From positions 189,483-253,482 of the forward strand of contig MEUZ01000001.1 in NCBI GenBank assembly GCA_001772615.1: a stretch of 64,000 nucleotides of DNA. The letters run 5' to 3'. The number at the start of each line of letters is the position of its first letter. Position 1 is the first letter of the stretch. The stretch is from a candidate division WWE3 bacterium RIFCSPHIGHO2_01_FULL_40_23 (GTDB taxonomy: Bacteria; Patescibacteriota; WWE3; UBA101185; 2-01-FULL-41-18). Below are positions 10,129 to 19,802 of the stretch, piece after piece. The position numbers were made by a program, and so were the translations under genes. The notes below the pieces were generated by a model. The model did not search any database. It was not told the origin of the DNA and was given only the letters and a program-made list of their open reading frames with translations.

Positions 10129-10488
10129 ATGCCAAAATTCCTCTTTACGATTATAGCGGCCGTACTGGCCTCTCTTACCGCCCTTATTTATATGCTCATA
10201 TACAAATCTCCCGAGGAGACTGTAAACGTGGCTGTCTTTCTTTCGGTTTTATGGATTTTTATTACCCTTGCTCTTTCTCTTCTAATCTACGCCGTTAAGT
10301 ATAAAAGGGCTTCAAAGCACACAAACCTAAGAACCCTTTATAGAAGCGCGGCCAGGCCTTCGGTTTTTACGGCGACATTAGCCACGGGCTTTCTTGTAAT
10401 AAAGGTCCTGGGCGCTCTAACAATTATAAATGCAATTTTATTTGTAGTCTTTATTTTTTCAATCTATAAGCTTACATCAAAACCTTGA
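10129..10488 (+). CDS. Hypothetical membrane protein (119 aa)
   Basis: Three predicted TM helices; no motif. Confidence 0.45.
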   Translation: MPKFLFTIIAAVLASLTALIYMLIYKSPEETVNVAVFLSVLWIFITLALSLLIYAVKYKRASKHTNLRTLYRSAARPSVFTATLATGFLVIKVLGALTIINAILFVVFIFSIYKLTSKP

Positions 10489-10554
10489 CACTAAAAGGCT
10501 GTAGTGGTGTACTTAAAGCGTAGTTTCTATTTGTAATTATTTCATGGAGAACTT

Positions 10555-11046
10555 ATGGATGAAATGACAAACCAGCAACAGGTAACAACTTCGGCACCGG
10601 TTACACAAACGCAACCGCCGTCAGTAGAGACCCCTATGGCGCAACCAGCCGCGCAGCTGCCATTTGCCTCATTTTTAGATAGATTCCTTGCTGTTCTTAT
10701 TGACGTTTTAATTCTTTTCTCCGTCGGCTTTGTCCTTGGACTTCTCCTTGGAATGCTGAAACTCCAAGACATGGCAGGCGTGATCGGAACCCTCTTAAAC
10801 TGGGGCTATCTTGTTTATTTTATCGGTTCAACAGGCCAGACACCCGGAAAGAAAGTGATGAAAATAAGAGTGGTTAAAGTAAACGGGGCTAAGATTACTT
10901 ATGTTGATGCCTTTATCAGAGAGATAGTAGGTAAGTTTGTTTCATTTATAATACTTTTTATAGGGTATCTCTGGATGCTTTGGGATCCGAACAAGCAGTG
11001 TCTCCATGATAAAATTGCCGGAACTTACGTAGTAAAAGAAGGGTAG
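10555..11046 (+). CDS. RDD-family membrane protein
   Basis: Q/T/P-rich N-terminus, then FLDRFLAVLIDVLIL…GQTPGKKVMKIRVV (RDD domain pattern). Confidence 0.7.
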   Translation: MDEMTNQQQVTTSAPVTQTQPPSVETPMAQPAAQLPFASFLDRFLAVLIDVLILFSVGFVLGLLLGMLKLQDMAGVIGTLLNWGYLVYFIGSTGQTPGKKVMKIRVVKVNGAKITYVDAFIREIVGKFVSFIILFIGYLWMLWDPNKQCLHDKIAGTYVVKEG

Positions 11047-11052
11047 TACAAC

Positions 11053-11098
11053 GTCATGTCATCCCGGGCTTGACCCGGGGTGACCCCTCGGGGTCACC
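11053..11098. repeat. Structured palindromic element, copy B (GTCATCCCGGGCTTGACCCGGG type)
   Basis: Hairpins CCCGGGCTTGACCCGGG and GTGACCCCTCGGGGTCAC between convergent genes; overlaps the uppS stop. Confidence 0.7.
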
Positions 11099-11825
11099 TC
11101 CCAAAGTTCCTTACGCATGAGGTAAAGTATAAAACCGCTTTTTCAAACTCTTTTACATTAAAGTCGGGGCATAACGTTTCGGTAAAATAAAGCTCCGCAT
11201 ACGTTGCCTGCCAGGGAAGAAGTCCTGAAGTTCTTGTCCTCCCACCTGTTCTTATTAAAAGGTCTATATTCTCTTTTAAATCAAGGTACTGCGAAAACTT
11301 TTGCTCCGTAACCTCCGTCTTTGAAATATCATCTTGGATCATCTTTCTCACTGCTCTTAAAATCTCATCTCTTCCTCCATATCCGAAAGCAAAATTTACA
11401 TCAATCTTATGCTCTTTTGGGTTGCTTTTTCTCACATACTCCATAACCTTTTCGGCTATATCTTTTGGAAAAAGGGAAACGTCGCCAATAATCCCTATCT
11501 TCCCGCCGCGGCTTTCTATTTCTGAAAAGTACTTCCCGCTTTCAAGATACTCTCTGGCAAGAGTGAAGATGGCATCAAGAAATTCTTTGTCCCTTCTGAA
11601 GTTTTCCGTTGAAAAAACCCAGAAGGTTATTGATTTAACCCCAAGCTCTCCGGCTCTTGAAATAGCTGCCTTCATGTTTTCAATTGATACCCTGTGACCC
11701 TCAATCTCTTTTAATCCGTGTTTTTTAGTCCACCTTCTGTTGCCATCCATTGCAATAGCTATAGTTTTTGGGAAAAGTTCCGGCGATTTGCCATAAAGAG
11801 AGTCAATATCATCATTCATAAACAT
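11094..11825 (-). CDS. uppS: Undecaprenyl-diphosphate synthase (cis-prenyltransferase)
   Basis: IAMDGNRRW…, FSTENFRR, RTGGRTRTSGLLPWQ, and ELYFTETLCPDF. Confidence 0.93.
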   Translation of the reverse strand: MFMNDDIDSLYGKSPELFPKTIAIAMDGNRRWTKKHGLKEIEGHRVSIENMKAAISRAGELGVKSITFWVFSTENFRRDKEFLDAIFTLAREYLESGKYFSEIESRGGKIGIIGDVSLFPKDIAEKVMEYVRKSNPKEHKIDVNFAFGYGGRDEILRAVRKMIQDDISKTEVTEQKFSQYLDLKENIDLLIRTGGRTRTSGLLPWQATYAELYFTETLCPDFNVKEFEKAVLYFTSCVRNFGR

Positions 11826-11846
11826 GGATTATATCAGTATATAAGT

Positions 11847-12053
11847 TTAAAGGTTAAAATCATCATAAATCACAGCGTTCCAGGGAAATAAAGCATTTTT
11901 CAGGTATAGGGCTATGAATAGGGCGATAAGCGAAACTAATATAATAACTGAAACCCTAGCGTATCTTTGTAACTCTGGGTTATCTCGACTAAGCAGAGTT
12001 AGCAAAAGAAGAGCTGTGGAATCTATAACAAGTAAAATGAGTAAATAAAACAT
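11847..12053 (-). CDS. Small hydrophobic ORF (68 aa)
   Basis: ORF only; two TM-like segments. Confidence 0.25.
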   Translation of the reverse strand: MFYLLILLVIDSTALLLLTLLSRDNPELQRYARVSVIILVSLIALFIALYLKNALFPWNAVIYDDFNL

Positions 12054-12065
12054 TTACAAATCACA

Positions 12066-13574
12066 TTATGGAACATAGGGCGGGTTGTATCCGCCTTGTA
12101 TAAACTCATAGTCATCCGGTGTCAGACTTTGCAGGGAGGTTAATGTAAACCCTGGATCAAGAGCCCTCCACTCCGCAGCACCCCGCTCAACGTGAGTTGT
12201 GGTTCTGTCATTTCCCGCATTGTCGCCCACTATGCATCCATAATCCTGTAAAGTCTTGGCAACAATCAGGGATGCCCACGATAACCCCTTATTCGCGAGA
12301 TTAACGCTGGGCTTTATACGCAGGACTATCCCCTCCGGAAGTATTCCGCCCTTATCGCTCTCGAAATTCTGCATTGGCCAATAGTTTTTCTCGGCCGTTC
12401 CCCACCAGTAGCATTCAAGTCTGTGGTTTATACTGCCAGCTCTAATTTCATCACGCCTGATTACTCTAACCGGCGCGGGAATTCCTCGATGACCAAAGTT
12501 TTTATCATTATTTGATCCCGCCACACCCCAAGCCAATCCGTTTGAACTTAGTATGTATCTCTTTGTGGAATCGGCAGTCCATTTATCCGCCAAGCTATCA
12601 TAAGCCGCATGCCATAATTCAACTACCTGGTCCCCGGAAAGATCATAAGATATTAAAACCTTATCGGTACCTGTGTTGGCCGTAGCACCACTTGGTATCC
12701 TTGCAAGAATCGTCTTACCATATAGGTTTGGAGTAATAGAGTAAACAGGATCGGATGAAGTAGCCCAATACACAGGGTAGCCCCACTTATTAGCTTCAGT
12801 GTCACCACCACTGTAACCCGGTGCACCGCTCAAAGCTATATATTTTATGGTTGCGTGGTCTTTCCAGTCTTGGATGTAGGTTGAGCTAAGGGGATCTCTT
12901 GGCGCGTCAACCGGTATCTTTTTGTTCCAGTAGCTGTCACTGGGAAACGCTCTATAAACAGTTCCCGTGGGGGTGGGCGTTGGAGTAGGCGTAGGTGTCG
13001 GTGTTGGAGTTGGCGTAGGGGTAACCGTTGGGGTTGGAGTCGGAGTTGGGGTGGGTGAAGCGGTTGGGCTTGGTGTCGGTGTTGGAGTTGGTGTTACTGT
13101 CGTAGACGTGGCAACTGAAAAAACAATGGAATAATCAGTACCATTTATATTACCTGACTGGTCAGAGCATTTTACATAAATGTTATATGTAGTGCCGTTT
13201 GATAGATTTGTGACTGTAGCCTTATGCGTTCTTTTATTAGGTGATGGGGTAAAAGACCATCTCATGTTTACATAAGAAGTATTAGAAACAGTATCATATT
13301 TACAGCTTGCTTTTTCATTAGTGGATACACCCGTGTTGGCAGATGTTGTATTTGCAGCAAGAGTTCCGGTAGGATAGCCTTTTGATATTACGGGAGGGGT
13401 GTTGTCAACCTGCTTTCCTTCAACTAAAAGCCCTTCCACTCTTTCTTTGCTCTTTAATACCTGTACAGACGCTACATAGATTAAAGCTACAATAAGAGGC
13501 AGAACTACAATTAAAATGAGGGGCACTGCAAAGCCTCCATCTGATTTATATTTCCTTTCTCTCTTAATTTGCAT
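12066..13574 (-). CDS. Membrane-anchored secreted protein with Thr-Pro linker (hypothetical)
   Basis: Start taken at MQIKRERK (13574); the track start at 13667 would overlap tatD. TM anchor, beta-rich domain, 46-aa (TP)n linker, C-terminal about 300-aa domain rich in W/Y/G. Confidence 0.55.
   Translation of the reverse strand: MQIKRERKYKSDGGFAVPLILIVVLPLIVALIYVASVQVLKSKERVEGLLVEGKQVDNTPPVISKGYPTGTLAANTTSANTGVSTNEKASCKYDTVSNTSYVNMRWSFTPSPNKRTHKATVTNLSNGTTYNIYVKCSDQSGNINGTDYSIVFSVATSTTVTPTPTPTPSPTASPTPTPTPTPTVTPTPTPTPTPTPTPTPTPTGTVYRAFPSDSYWNKKIPVDAPRDPLSSTYIQDWKDHATIKYIALSGAPGYSGGDTEANKWGYPVYWATSSDPVYSITPNLYGKTILARIPSGATANTGTDKVLISYDLSGDQVVELWHAAYDSLADKWTADSTKRYILSSNGLAWGVAGSNNDKNFGHRGIPAPVRVIRRDEIRAGSINHRLECYWWGTAEKNYWPMQNFESDKGGILPEGIVLRIKPSVNLANKGLSWASLIVAKTLQDYGCIVGDNAGNDRTTTHVERGAAEWRALDPGFTLTSLQSLTPDDYEFIQGGYNPPYVP
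12966..13100. repeat. Tandem ACC/GGT-rich nucleotide repeat encoding the (Thr-Pro)n linker
   Basis: Reiterated GGTGTTGGAGTTGGCGTAGGGGTAACCGTTGGGGTTGGAGTCGGAGTTGGGG units. Confidence 0.7.
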
Positions 13575-13665
13575 ACACCAATTATACAGATAGCGAGGTT
13601 TGTAGCAAATCAGGAAAAACCATCCAAGACACAGGCAAAAGTCCCAAGTATGATATGATTTCCCC

Positions 13666-14430
13666 ATGCTTATTGACTCCCACTGCCACCTTCAGGAGGA
13701 TGCCTTTAAATCCGATCTTATAAAAGTGGTCCAAAGCGCAGTGAGTGAGAATGTAAACACCATGATCTGTATCGGCACTAATCTTAAAACAAGCGCCGAT
13801 GCCGTCAAACTCTCTCAAGAATACAAAGAGGTGTATGCATCCATAGGAATATACCCGCATGAAGAAATGCCAAACACCGACATAAGGGAGGAGATTTCCA
13901 AACTTTCAAAAAATAAAAAGGTTGTTGCAATAGGGGAATGTGGTCTGGATTATTCCGAAAATGGGAGAAACCAAGAAGATCAAAAAGAGCTTTTCAGAAA
14001 ACAAATAGGAACAGCTGTTCAGCTTGACCTTCCGTTAATAATTCACAACAGAAATGCAGATGAGGATGTTATTACAGAACTTAACCATTACAGGGAAACA
14101 GGCCGCTTAAGAGGTGTTTTCCACTGCTTTACGGGCGACACGGCGTTTGCGAAGAGGGTCCTAGAGCTTGGTTTTTACATTTCCTTTACGGCAATTGTTA
14201 CTTACCCTTCGGCAAAACACCTTGAAGAAGTTATAAAATCAGTACCAAAAGACCGTATACTGATTGAAACCGACGCTCCCTATCTTTCGCCGGAAGGTAT
14301 GAGAGGTAAGCGGAATGAACCAAAAAATGTTAAAATCGTTGCTGTCAGAATAGCCGAAATCCTAAATACCAGCCTTACGGAGGTAGCTAAAATAACCTCG
14401 GAAAACGCGAGAAGGCTTTTTACACTTTAG
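13666..14430 (+). CDS. tatD: TatD-family metal-dependent DNase
   Basis: MLIDSHCHL, GECGLDY, IHNR, and IETDAPYL. Confidence 0.9.
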   Translation: MLIDSHCHLQEDAFKSDLIKVVQSAVSENVNTMICIGTNLKTSADAVKLSQEYKEVYASIGIYPHEEMPNTDIREEISKLSKNKKVVAIGECGLDYSENGRNQEDQKELFRKQIGTAVQLDLPLIIHNRNADEDVITELNHYRETGRLRGVFHCFTGDTAFAKRVLELGFYISFTAIVTYPSAKHLEEVIKSVPKDRILIETDAPYLSPEGMRGKRNEPKNVKIVAVRIAEILNTSLTEVAKITSENARRLFTL

Positions 14431-14451
14431 GCGAGTTGGAGGACTCTCCAA

Positions 14452-14518
14452 AGTCATTGCGAGGGTGCAGCCCGAAACAATCTACAACGGGATTGCCTCG
14501 CTACGCTCGCAATGACAC
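14452..14518. repeat. Structured palindromic element, copy C (GTCATTGCGAGG…CTCGCAATGAC)
   Basis: 11-bp outer inverted repeat enclosing CCCGAAACAATCTACAACGGG; overlaps the start codon of the next gene. Confidence 0.6.
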
Positions 14519-16068
14519 TAAATCATAAACAAAACATGTGGGAAGGTGAAAGTAAAACAAAACTTGACAGACTACTTGAAATTTTACCCGGTCTAACGAC
14601 ATGGGTAGTTTTAACTTCGCCCGTCTGGCTAGGTATCTTAGCTCCAAACCTTGTCGCAATATTTTTAACTTTTCTTTCAATATATTGGGTCTATCTTGCT
14701 CTCGTTCACACAGTTGGCCTTTTAATCGGGTACAAAAGATATAAGTATGAGATCGGGATTGACTGGTTTAAGAAATGTAAAGAGCTTTCCTTTTCCAGCC
14801 TCCCCGAACTGGACACACTCCCCAAAGATCTTTCAGGCATAAAGCATCTTATCCTTATTCCAACGGTTAATGAACCTCTTGAGGTTCTTATACCAACCTT
14901 CAAAAGTCTCGCCGAGCAAAACTATCCTCTTAAAGAAAACATATTTATCGCGATTACCTGCGAGGAAAGAGGGGCGCAGGAAGTTTCAGCCTCAATTGAA
15001 AAAATTAAAGAAATGTATGGAAAAGAAATTGGCAACATACTTTTTTACATTCATCCAAGCGGAACTCCCGGAGAGCTAGTCGGAGGGGGAGCGGCAAACA
15101 GAACATGGGGCGCAAAGCACGCAGTGGAGGATCTTAAAACAATGGGAATAAAAACAAAGGACGTAATCTTCACCACTTTTGACGCAGACACCAACCTTCA
15201 TAAAGAGTTTATACCAAGGCTCACCTACGCTTACTTAACATGCAGTAAAAGGCTTAACCATTTTTACTCAACCGCAGTCTTTTTATTTAATAATAATATC
15301 TGGAATGTACATACCCTAATGAGAATTGAAGCAAACAGCATCACTCTTGGAACTTTATCCACATGGACATTAAGCAACGACACCAAAGAAACATTTTCAT
15401 GCTACTCAATTGCGCTTGACACACTTATAGACGCAAACTTCTGGGACGTGACTTTAATTGACGATACCGTTTTTTACTGGAGAGCTTTTTTTGCAAGGAA
15501 AGGCAATTTTAAACCGAGAATCTTTTACACTCCAAACTCATCGGATGCGGTACATGGGGAATCATTCGCCAAAGCGCATCAAAGCCTATACAAACAGCTT
15601 TTAAGATGGGGCTGGGGAAGTGTGACTACACCCCTTGCCATGAGAGGTTTTATTAAATCAAAAGATGTTCCCCTTAGCACAAAAATATTGTGGATGGTAA
15701 ATAAGGCCGAGAGACACGCAATATTTAGAACTATGGTTTTTCTTATCACTTTCGGCTTTGCTATCCTTACTCTTGTTAATGAAAACGTCAAGCAAACCGC
15801 AATTGCCTACCGCCTTCCTGATATCACAAGTTTAATTTTAACAATTGGCTTAATATTTCTGATTCCAAGTACTTTCTTAAGGCAGAAATTTGTGACTCCC
15901 ATTCCAAAAGAATGGTCTTTTTTCAGAAAGTTTTTAACTTACCTGGAAGGGCCTCTTGTTATACTGAACCTTCTTACTTTCTCGTTTATCCCGTTTCTTG
16001 AAGCCGAAACTAAAATGATGCTTGGAAAAAGGTATAAAAGCCTTCATTTCACCCCAAAGTACAGATAA
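14512..16068 (+). CDS. Processive family-2 glycosyltransferase (cellulose/chitin/hyaluronan-synthase-like), polytopic
   Basis: IPTVNEP, FDAD (DxD), G(A)ANRTWGAKH (KAGN-like), and QLLRWGWGS (QxxRW); N- and C-terminal TM bundles. Confidence 0.75.
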   Translation: MTLNHKQNMWEGESKTKLDRLLEILPGLTTWVVLTSPVWLGILAPNLVAIFLTFLSIYWVYLALVHTVGLLIGYKRYKYEIGIDWFKKCKELSFSSLPELDTLPKDLSGIKHLILIPTVNEPLEVLIPTFKSLAEQNYPLKENIFIAITCEERGAQEVSASIEKIKEMYGKEIGNILFYIHPSGTPGELVGGGAANRTWGAKHAVEDLKTMGIKTKDVIFTTFDADTNLHKEFIPRLTYAYLTCSKRLNHFYSTAVFLFNNNIWNVHTLMRIEANSITLGTLSTWTLSNDTKETFSCYSIALDTLIDANFWDVTLIDDTVFYWRAFFARKGNFKPRIFYTPNSSDAVHGESFAKAHQSLYKQLLRWGWGSVTTPLAMRGFIKSKDVPLSTKILWMVNKAERHAIFRTMVFLITFGFAILTLVNENVKQTAIAYRLPDITSLILTIGLIFLIPSTFLRQKFVTPIPKEWSFFRKFLTYLEGPLVILNLLTFSFIPFLEAETKMMLGKRYKSLHFTPKYR

Positions 16069-16072
16069 AAAA

Positions 16073-17569
16073 ATGGAAAAAAACGGTTTACTTTTTAAAC
16101 TTCCTAAATTACCCGAAATTAAAGACCTAAGATCAAAATTTGTAATACTTATAAATGCGGTCTTCTTTTTATTTCAGATATTTTATGCGGCGGCAAGACA
16201 GCAATACTTAAACCCCTATATACCAGTCTGGTACACAAAACCCTGGGGGGATCTTCAGCTTGCACCTACCGCATATATTTATATAATACCGGTCGTCACT
16301 CTTATATTTATAACTGTAACGCTTGTAATCTTAAGCAAATTTTCGGTCTTAAGGAGCAAAGAAGCCTCTTTTATAACTCTTACTTTCCTCACTCTTGCTA
16401 CGGTTTTTCTTACTATATCTGAAGTCAGAATTGTAAATATTGCCTCCTCACCTTTTAAACCCCTTTTTGATCCAAGGCTTTCCTCCCTTCTACCATATCT
16501 TTTTATTAGCCTTGCCGTATGCGTACTCCTTGTACCGCTTTGCATAAAGCTTGCTTACAAATACGATATTGTTACGGATCCCGAGAGGGATAAGCACCCG
16601 GGGATGATTTTAAAAAAACCTTCGGCAAGAGGCGGAGCTGTTGCGTTTTTTCTTTCATTCCTTGTGATCGCTTTAATATTTGTTCCCCTGACGAGAGTAA
16701 CGGTTGGTTTATATATAGGAGCTTTTATCACGACATTAATCGGTCTCGCGGACGATATTAAAAGCATCAATCCTTATGTAAGGCTTTTAGTCCTTCTTCC
16801 GATCGCGGTAATTATTACACTTGCAGTATCCGATCTTCATATTTTTTATTTTGCAAGCCCGTTTGATGGCATAATGCGTCTGGATTTTATAAAGATAACT
16901 TATGAAATTTTTGACATGAAGTTTAACTTTTTCCCGGTTGCCGACATCTTTACGGTCATATGGATTCTTTGGGTTATGAATATGCTTTCATGGTCAAATG
17001 CAGTTGACGGGCAGTTCTCGGGGATGACCGCCATCACCTGCATAATAACAGCGGTTATAGCCGTAGGTCTTTTAAAAATTGACCATGAGCAGATTTATGT
17101 CGCAAGACTTGCCGTTATTGCGGCCGGAGCAAGCCTCGGACTTCTTCCTTACAATTGGCACCCCTCAAAAATTATGTGGGGTTTTGGAGCCACCGCTATG
17201 GGCCTCACCATTTCCGTTTTGTCCATTATGGCAGGAACCAAAGTAGCGGTCGCCACGCTTGTGTTAATAGTACCTACTCTTGATGCTCTCGTTACGATAG
17301 TAAGAAGAATTCTTCAAAAAAAGTCTCCCGTTTGGGGGGATCGCGGGCATCTTCACCACAGACTTTTAGACATGGGATTTTCACAACAAGGTGTTGCTAT
17401 TCTTTACTGGGTTATTACGGCTTTAATAGGGGTTATAGCGCTTCTTGCTTCCGGCAGAGCCAAGTTCCTGGCTTTATTAACAATAGGAGGAATTGTTTCT
17501 TTTATACTCGTAGCAATGAACCTGAAAGGAGAGCCAGACAAGCTAAAATTACAAGAACCTGCGAAATAA
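16073..17569 (+). CDS. Polyprenyl-phosphate sugar-1-phosphate transferase (MraY/WecA family, Glycos_transf_4) with N-terminal TM extension
   Basis: The C-terminal about 330 aa have the MraY/WecA-like layout (DPERDKHPG…GLADD…NAVDGQ…). Start taken at MEKNGLL (16073) after the upstream stop. Confidence 0.65.
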   Translation: MEKNGLLFKLPKLPEIKDLRSKFVILINAVFFLFQIFYAAARQQYLNPYIPVWYTKPWGDLQLAPTAYIYIIPVVTLIFITVTLVILSKFSVLRSKEASFITLTFLTLATVFLTISEVRIVNIASSPFKPLFDPRLSSLLPYLFISLAVCVLLVPLCIKLAYKYDIVTDPERDKHPGMILKKPSARGGAVAFFLSFLVIALIFVPLTRVTVGLYIGAFITTLIGLADDIKSINPYVRLLVLLPIAVIITLAVSDLHIFYFASPFDGIMRLDFIKITYEIFDMKFNFFPVADIFTVIWILWVMNMLSWSNAVDGQFSGMTAITCIITAVIAVGLLKIDHEQIYVARLAVIAAGASLGLLPYNWHPSKIMWGFGATAMGLTISVLSIMAGTKVAVATLVLIVPTLDALVTIVRRILQKKSPVWGDRGHLHHRLLDMGFSQQGVAILYWVITALIGVIALLASGRAKFLALLTIGGIVSFILVAMNLKGEPDKLKLQEPAK

Positions 17570-18020
17570 TACCCCAGGGAAGAGGAGCCTGGAACTGCAT
17601 TTTATGCTGAACGTAAAGCAAAGTTCTTGAAAAAACATCCTCCGAACCAAAAAACACATGCGGCGCTTCCAACGCATCCGGTAGGCAGGAGGCTATCACG
17701 CACAGAAGAATATTTAACGCCAGAAGGCTCTCCCCTTTAAACCAGAGTGCGTAAAGTGTGAAAAAAAGTCCTACGGCAACAGAGAGGCCAAAATCTGACA
17801 TTACAGCAAAAATCCTCCACCCTTTAAGTCTGTCTTCTTTATTAGTGTTTGAAAAAAAGTCCCAGTGGGGGACCTTATCGCCAAGAAAATGCATAGCAAA
17901 AGATAACGGAACCGAAATTACCGGATTTGAGATTGATGACGCAATAGCAACGCCAACAAAGGTATGGGGAGTAAGGAGCATAGCGTGTTGTACTATACAA
18001 TAAATTGCCTTATGATGCAA
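17502..18020 (-). CDS. Hypothetical membrane protein, His-rich (possible membrane metal-dependent hydrolase)
   Basis: 172-aa ORF with four TM segments and conserved H residues. Convergent 68-nt overlap with the previous gene. Confidence 0.4.
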   Translation of the reverse strand: MHHKAIYCIVQHAMLLTPHTFVGVAIASSISNPVISVPLSFAMHFLGDKVPHWDFFSNTNKEDRLKGWRIFAVMSDFGLSVAVGLFFTLYALWFKGESLLALNILLCVIASCLPDALEAPHVFFGSEDVFSRTLLYVQHKMQFQAPLPWGIISQVLVILACLALLSGSLLRV

Positions 18021-18040
18021 AGAAGATAGGCATTATAGAG

Positions 18041-18976
18041 ATGAAAAATACACTCCTTTTTTACATCATCAGAACCCTTCGCCCAAGGCAGTGGCTTAAG
18101 AATTTAAGCGTTTATGCGGCACCTCTTTTCTGGGGAAATCTTTTTGAAGGAGAGGTATTTATAGCTACAACAAAAGCTCTTGTAATCTTTACAATAACCT
18201 CAAGCTCCGTTTATCTACTTAATGACGTAATTGACGCGCCAAAAGACAGGTTGCACCCTATTAAAAGCAATAGGCCCATTGCAAGGGGCCTTGTCTCTGA
18301 AAGGCTTGCACTCCTTCTTGCCTTTTTATTTATAATCACCGCTCTTCTCCTTTCTCTTCTTAATTTTGGGAGATTTTTTGTGCTTACCATCCTTTCTTAC
18401 TTTTTAATTCAGGTTGCCTACACGTTATACATCAGAAACATGATAATTCTTGACGCACTCACTGTTGCGACTGGCTTTGTCTTAAGAGTGTTCGCGGGGA
18501 CCTTCGCTGCGACAGTGCCTATATCCTCATGGCTTGTACTATCAACAATAGGTGTTTCCCTGCTTCTTGCTTTTGGAAAAAGAAGGTCGGAAAGAACGAT
18601 ACTTCAGTCGGAGCACATACCCCTTGAAACAAGGGAAACCCTGAAACATTACCCTGATAACCTTCTTGACAGCATGATTTCAATGTCGGCTTCATTTTCG
18701 GTTGTCACCTACGCCCTGTTTGCTTTTCAATCATCACCCACGTACACAAGCAGACTTGTCGCCCAAAACTTGCCCGCTACACTAGCAAGCCCAAAGTGGA
18801 TGATGCTTACAATACCAATCGTTATCTATGGAGTGGCAAGGTATTTGTATGTCATTTATGAAAAGAAGGAAGGTGAATCTCCCGAAAGGGTCCTCTTATC
18901 GGATGCTCCTCTTCTTAACGCCGTTGCGCTATGGGTTGCGAGCATTATTTTTATAGTTTACGGGCTTCAGGGGTAA
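18041..18976 (+). CDS. UbiA-family prenyltransferase, decaprenyl-phosphate phosphoribosyltransferase (DPPR synthase)-like
   Basis: LRPRQWLKN…LLNDVIDAPKDRLHPIKSNRPIARG; eight TM helices. ATG at 18041 preferred over the TTG at 18005. Confidence 0.8.
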   Translation: MKNTLLFYIIRTLRPRQWLKNLSVYAAPLFWGNLFEGEVFIATTKALVIFTITSSSVYLLNDVIDAPKDRLHPIKSNRPIARGLVSERLALLLAFLFIITALLLSLLNFGRFFVLTILSYFLIQVAYTLYIRNMIILDALTVATGFVLRVFAGTFAATVPISSWLVLSTIGVSLLLAFGKRRSERTILQSEHIPLETRETLKHYPDNLLDSMISMSASFSVVTYALFAFQSSPTYTSRLVAQNLPATLASPKWMMLTIPIVIYGVARYLYVIYEKKEGESPERVLLSDAPLLNAVALWVASIIFIVYGLQG

Positions 18977-19239
18977 TACAGCCTCGCAGGCTTTGCGCTT
19001 CCGGTTGAGACGCTGGGACTTGATTCAAGCACTTTGTCCGCGCTTGGTTTAAACGGCTTAACCGTAGAGGTTGAGAGAACATCATCTTTAGCACCCCTTC
19101 CTCCGCTAAATTTTGCATAAGGAACAAAAGGAAGCATTAAAAGAATAAAAAGAAACATCAGAAGATTAAAATTCATCCAGTATTTAGCAACTTTATTCAT
19201 TGGTGTTAATCTCCAACTCTCTTTCAACATCCGAGACAA
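18967..19239 (-). CDS. Small secreted protein (90 aa)
   Basis: ORF with N-terminal hydrophobic segment. Confidence 0.35.
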   Translation of the reverse strand: MSRMLKESWRLTPMNKVAKYWMNFNLLMFLFILLMLPFVPYAKFSGGRGAKDDVLSTSTVKPFKPSADKVLESSPSVSTGSAKPARLYYP

Positions 19240-19795
19240 GGATTAAAGTCAGCAAAACCGAAAGTGCAAGGGACAAGACAAAAACCCACCCGTAAACAAG
19301 CTTAAAATAATACTGAACGGAAAGAATAATAGTCATAAGATAAGAATAAGAAAGCCAAATTGTGCCTTCCGAGTAAACATCAAAGGAGCTTTGTATAAAA
19401 TTCCCAAGCTTTAAAGAAAACATTTTAGCGGCAACGACAGGTGTTACATGTGAATCATGAAAAATCCTTGATTTAAGAAGGAAGAATAATCCCCCGGCAA
19501 AAACAACCCCGTACATTATAAGGCTTGAATACGAGTTCACAGTTAAAAAATCCGTATGGTTTGAAAAATAAAGTGTAAGAAAAGTGCTTTTTTCCTCAAA
19601 TTGAATACCTGTGTATTTGATAACAAAAATGGAACCTAAAACACGCGCTGATACGAGAAGCACGGCAGGCACAATGGCCTCGTCAATAAGTTTTATAAGA
19701 ATCTTTGAAAACATAGGCAGGCCTGAAATGATCATACTAGGAAAAACTATTAGCATCAAGAAAGAGTGGTTTTTATATGATAAGATCGTTGTCAC
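19193..19795 (-). CDS. Hypothetical membrane protein (200 aa)
   Basis: Five or six TM segments. Confidence 0.45.
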   Translation of the reverse strand: MTTILSYKNHSFLMLIVFPSMIISGLPMFSKILIKLIDEAIVPAVLLVSARVLGSIFVIKYTGIQFEEKSTFLTLYFSNHTDFLTVNSYSSLIMYGVVFAGGLFFLLKSRIFHDSHVTPVVAAKMFSLKLGNFIQSSFDVYSEGTIWLSYSYLMTIILSVQYYFKLVYGWVFVLSLALSVLLTLILVSDVERELEINTNE

Positions 19796-19802
19796 TACGC
19801 CA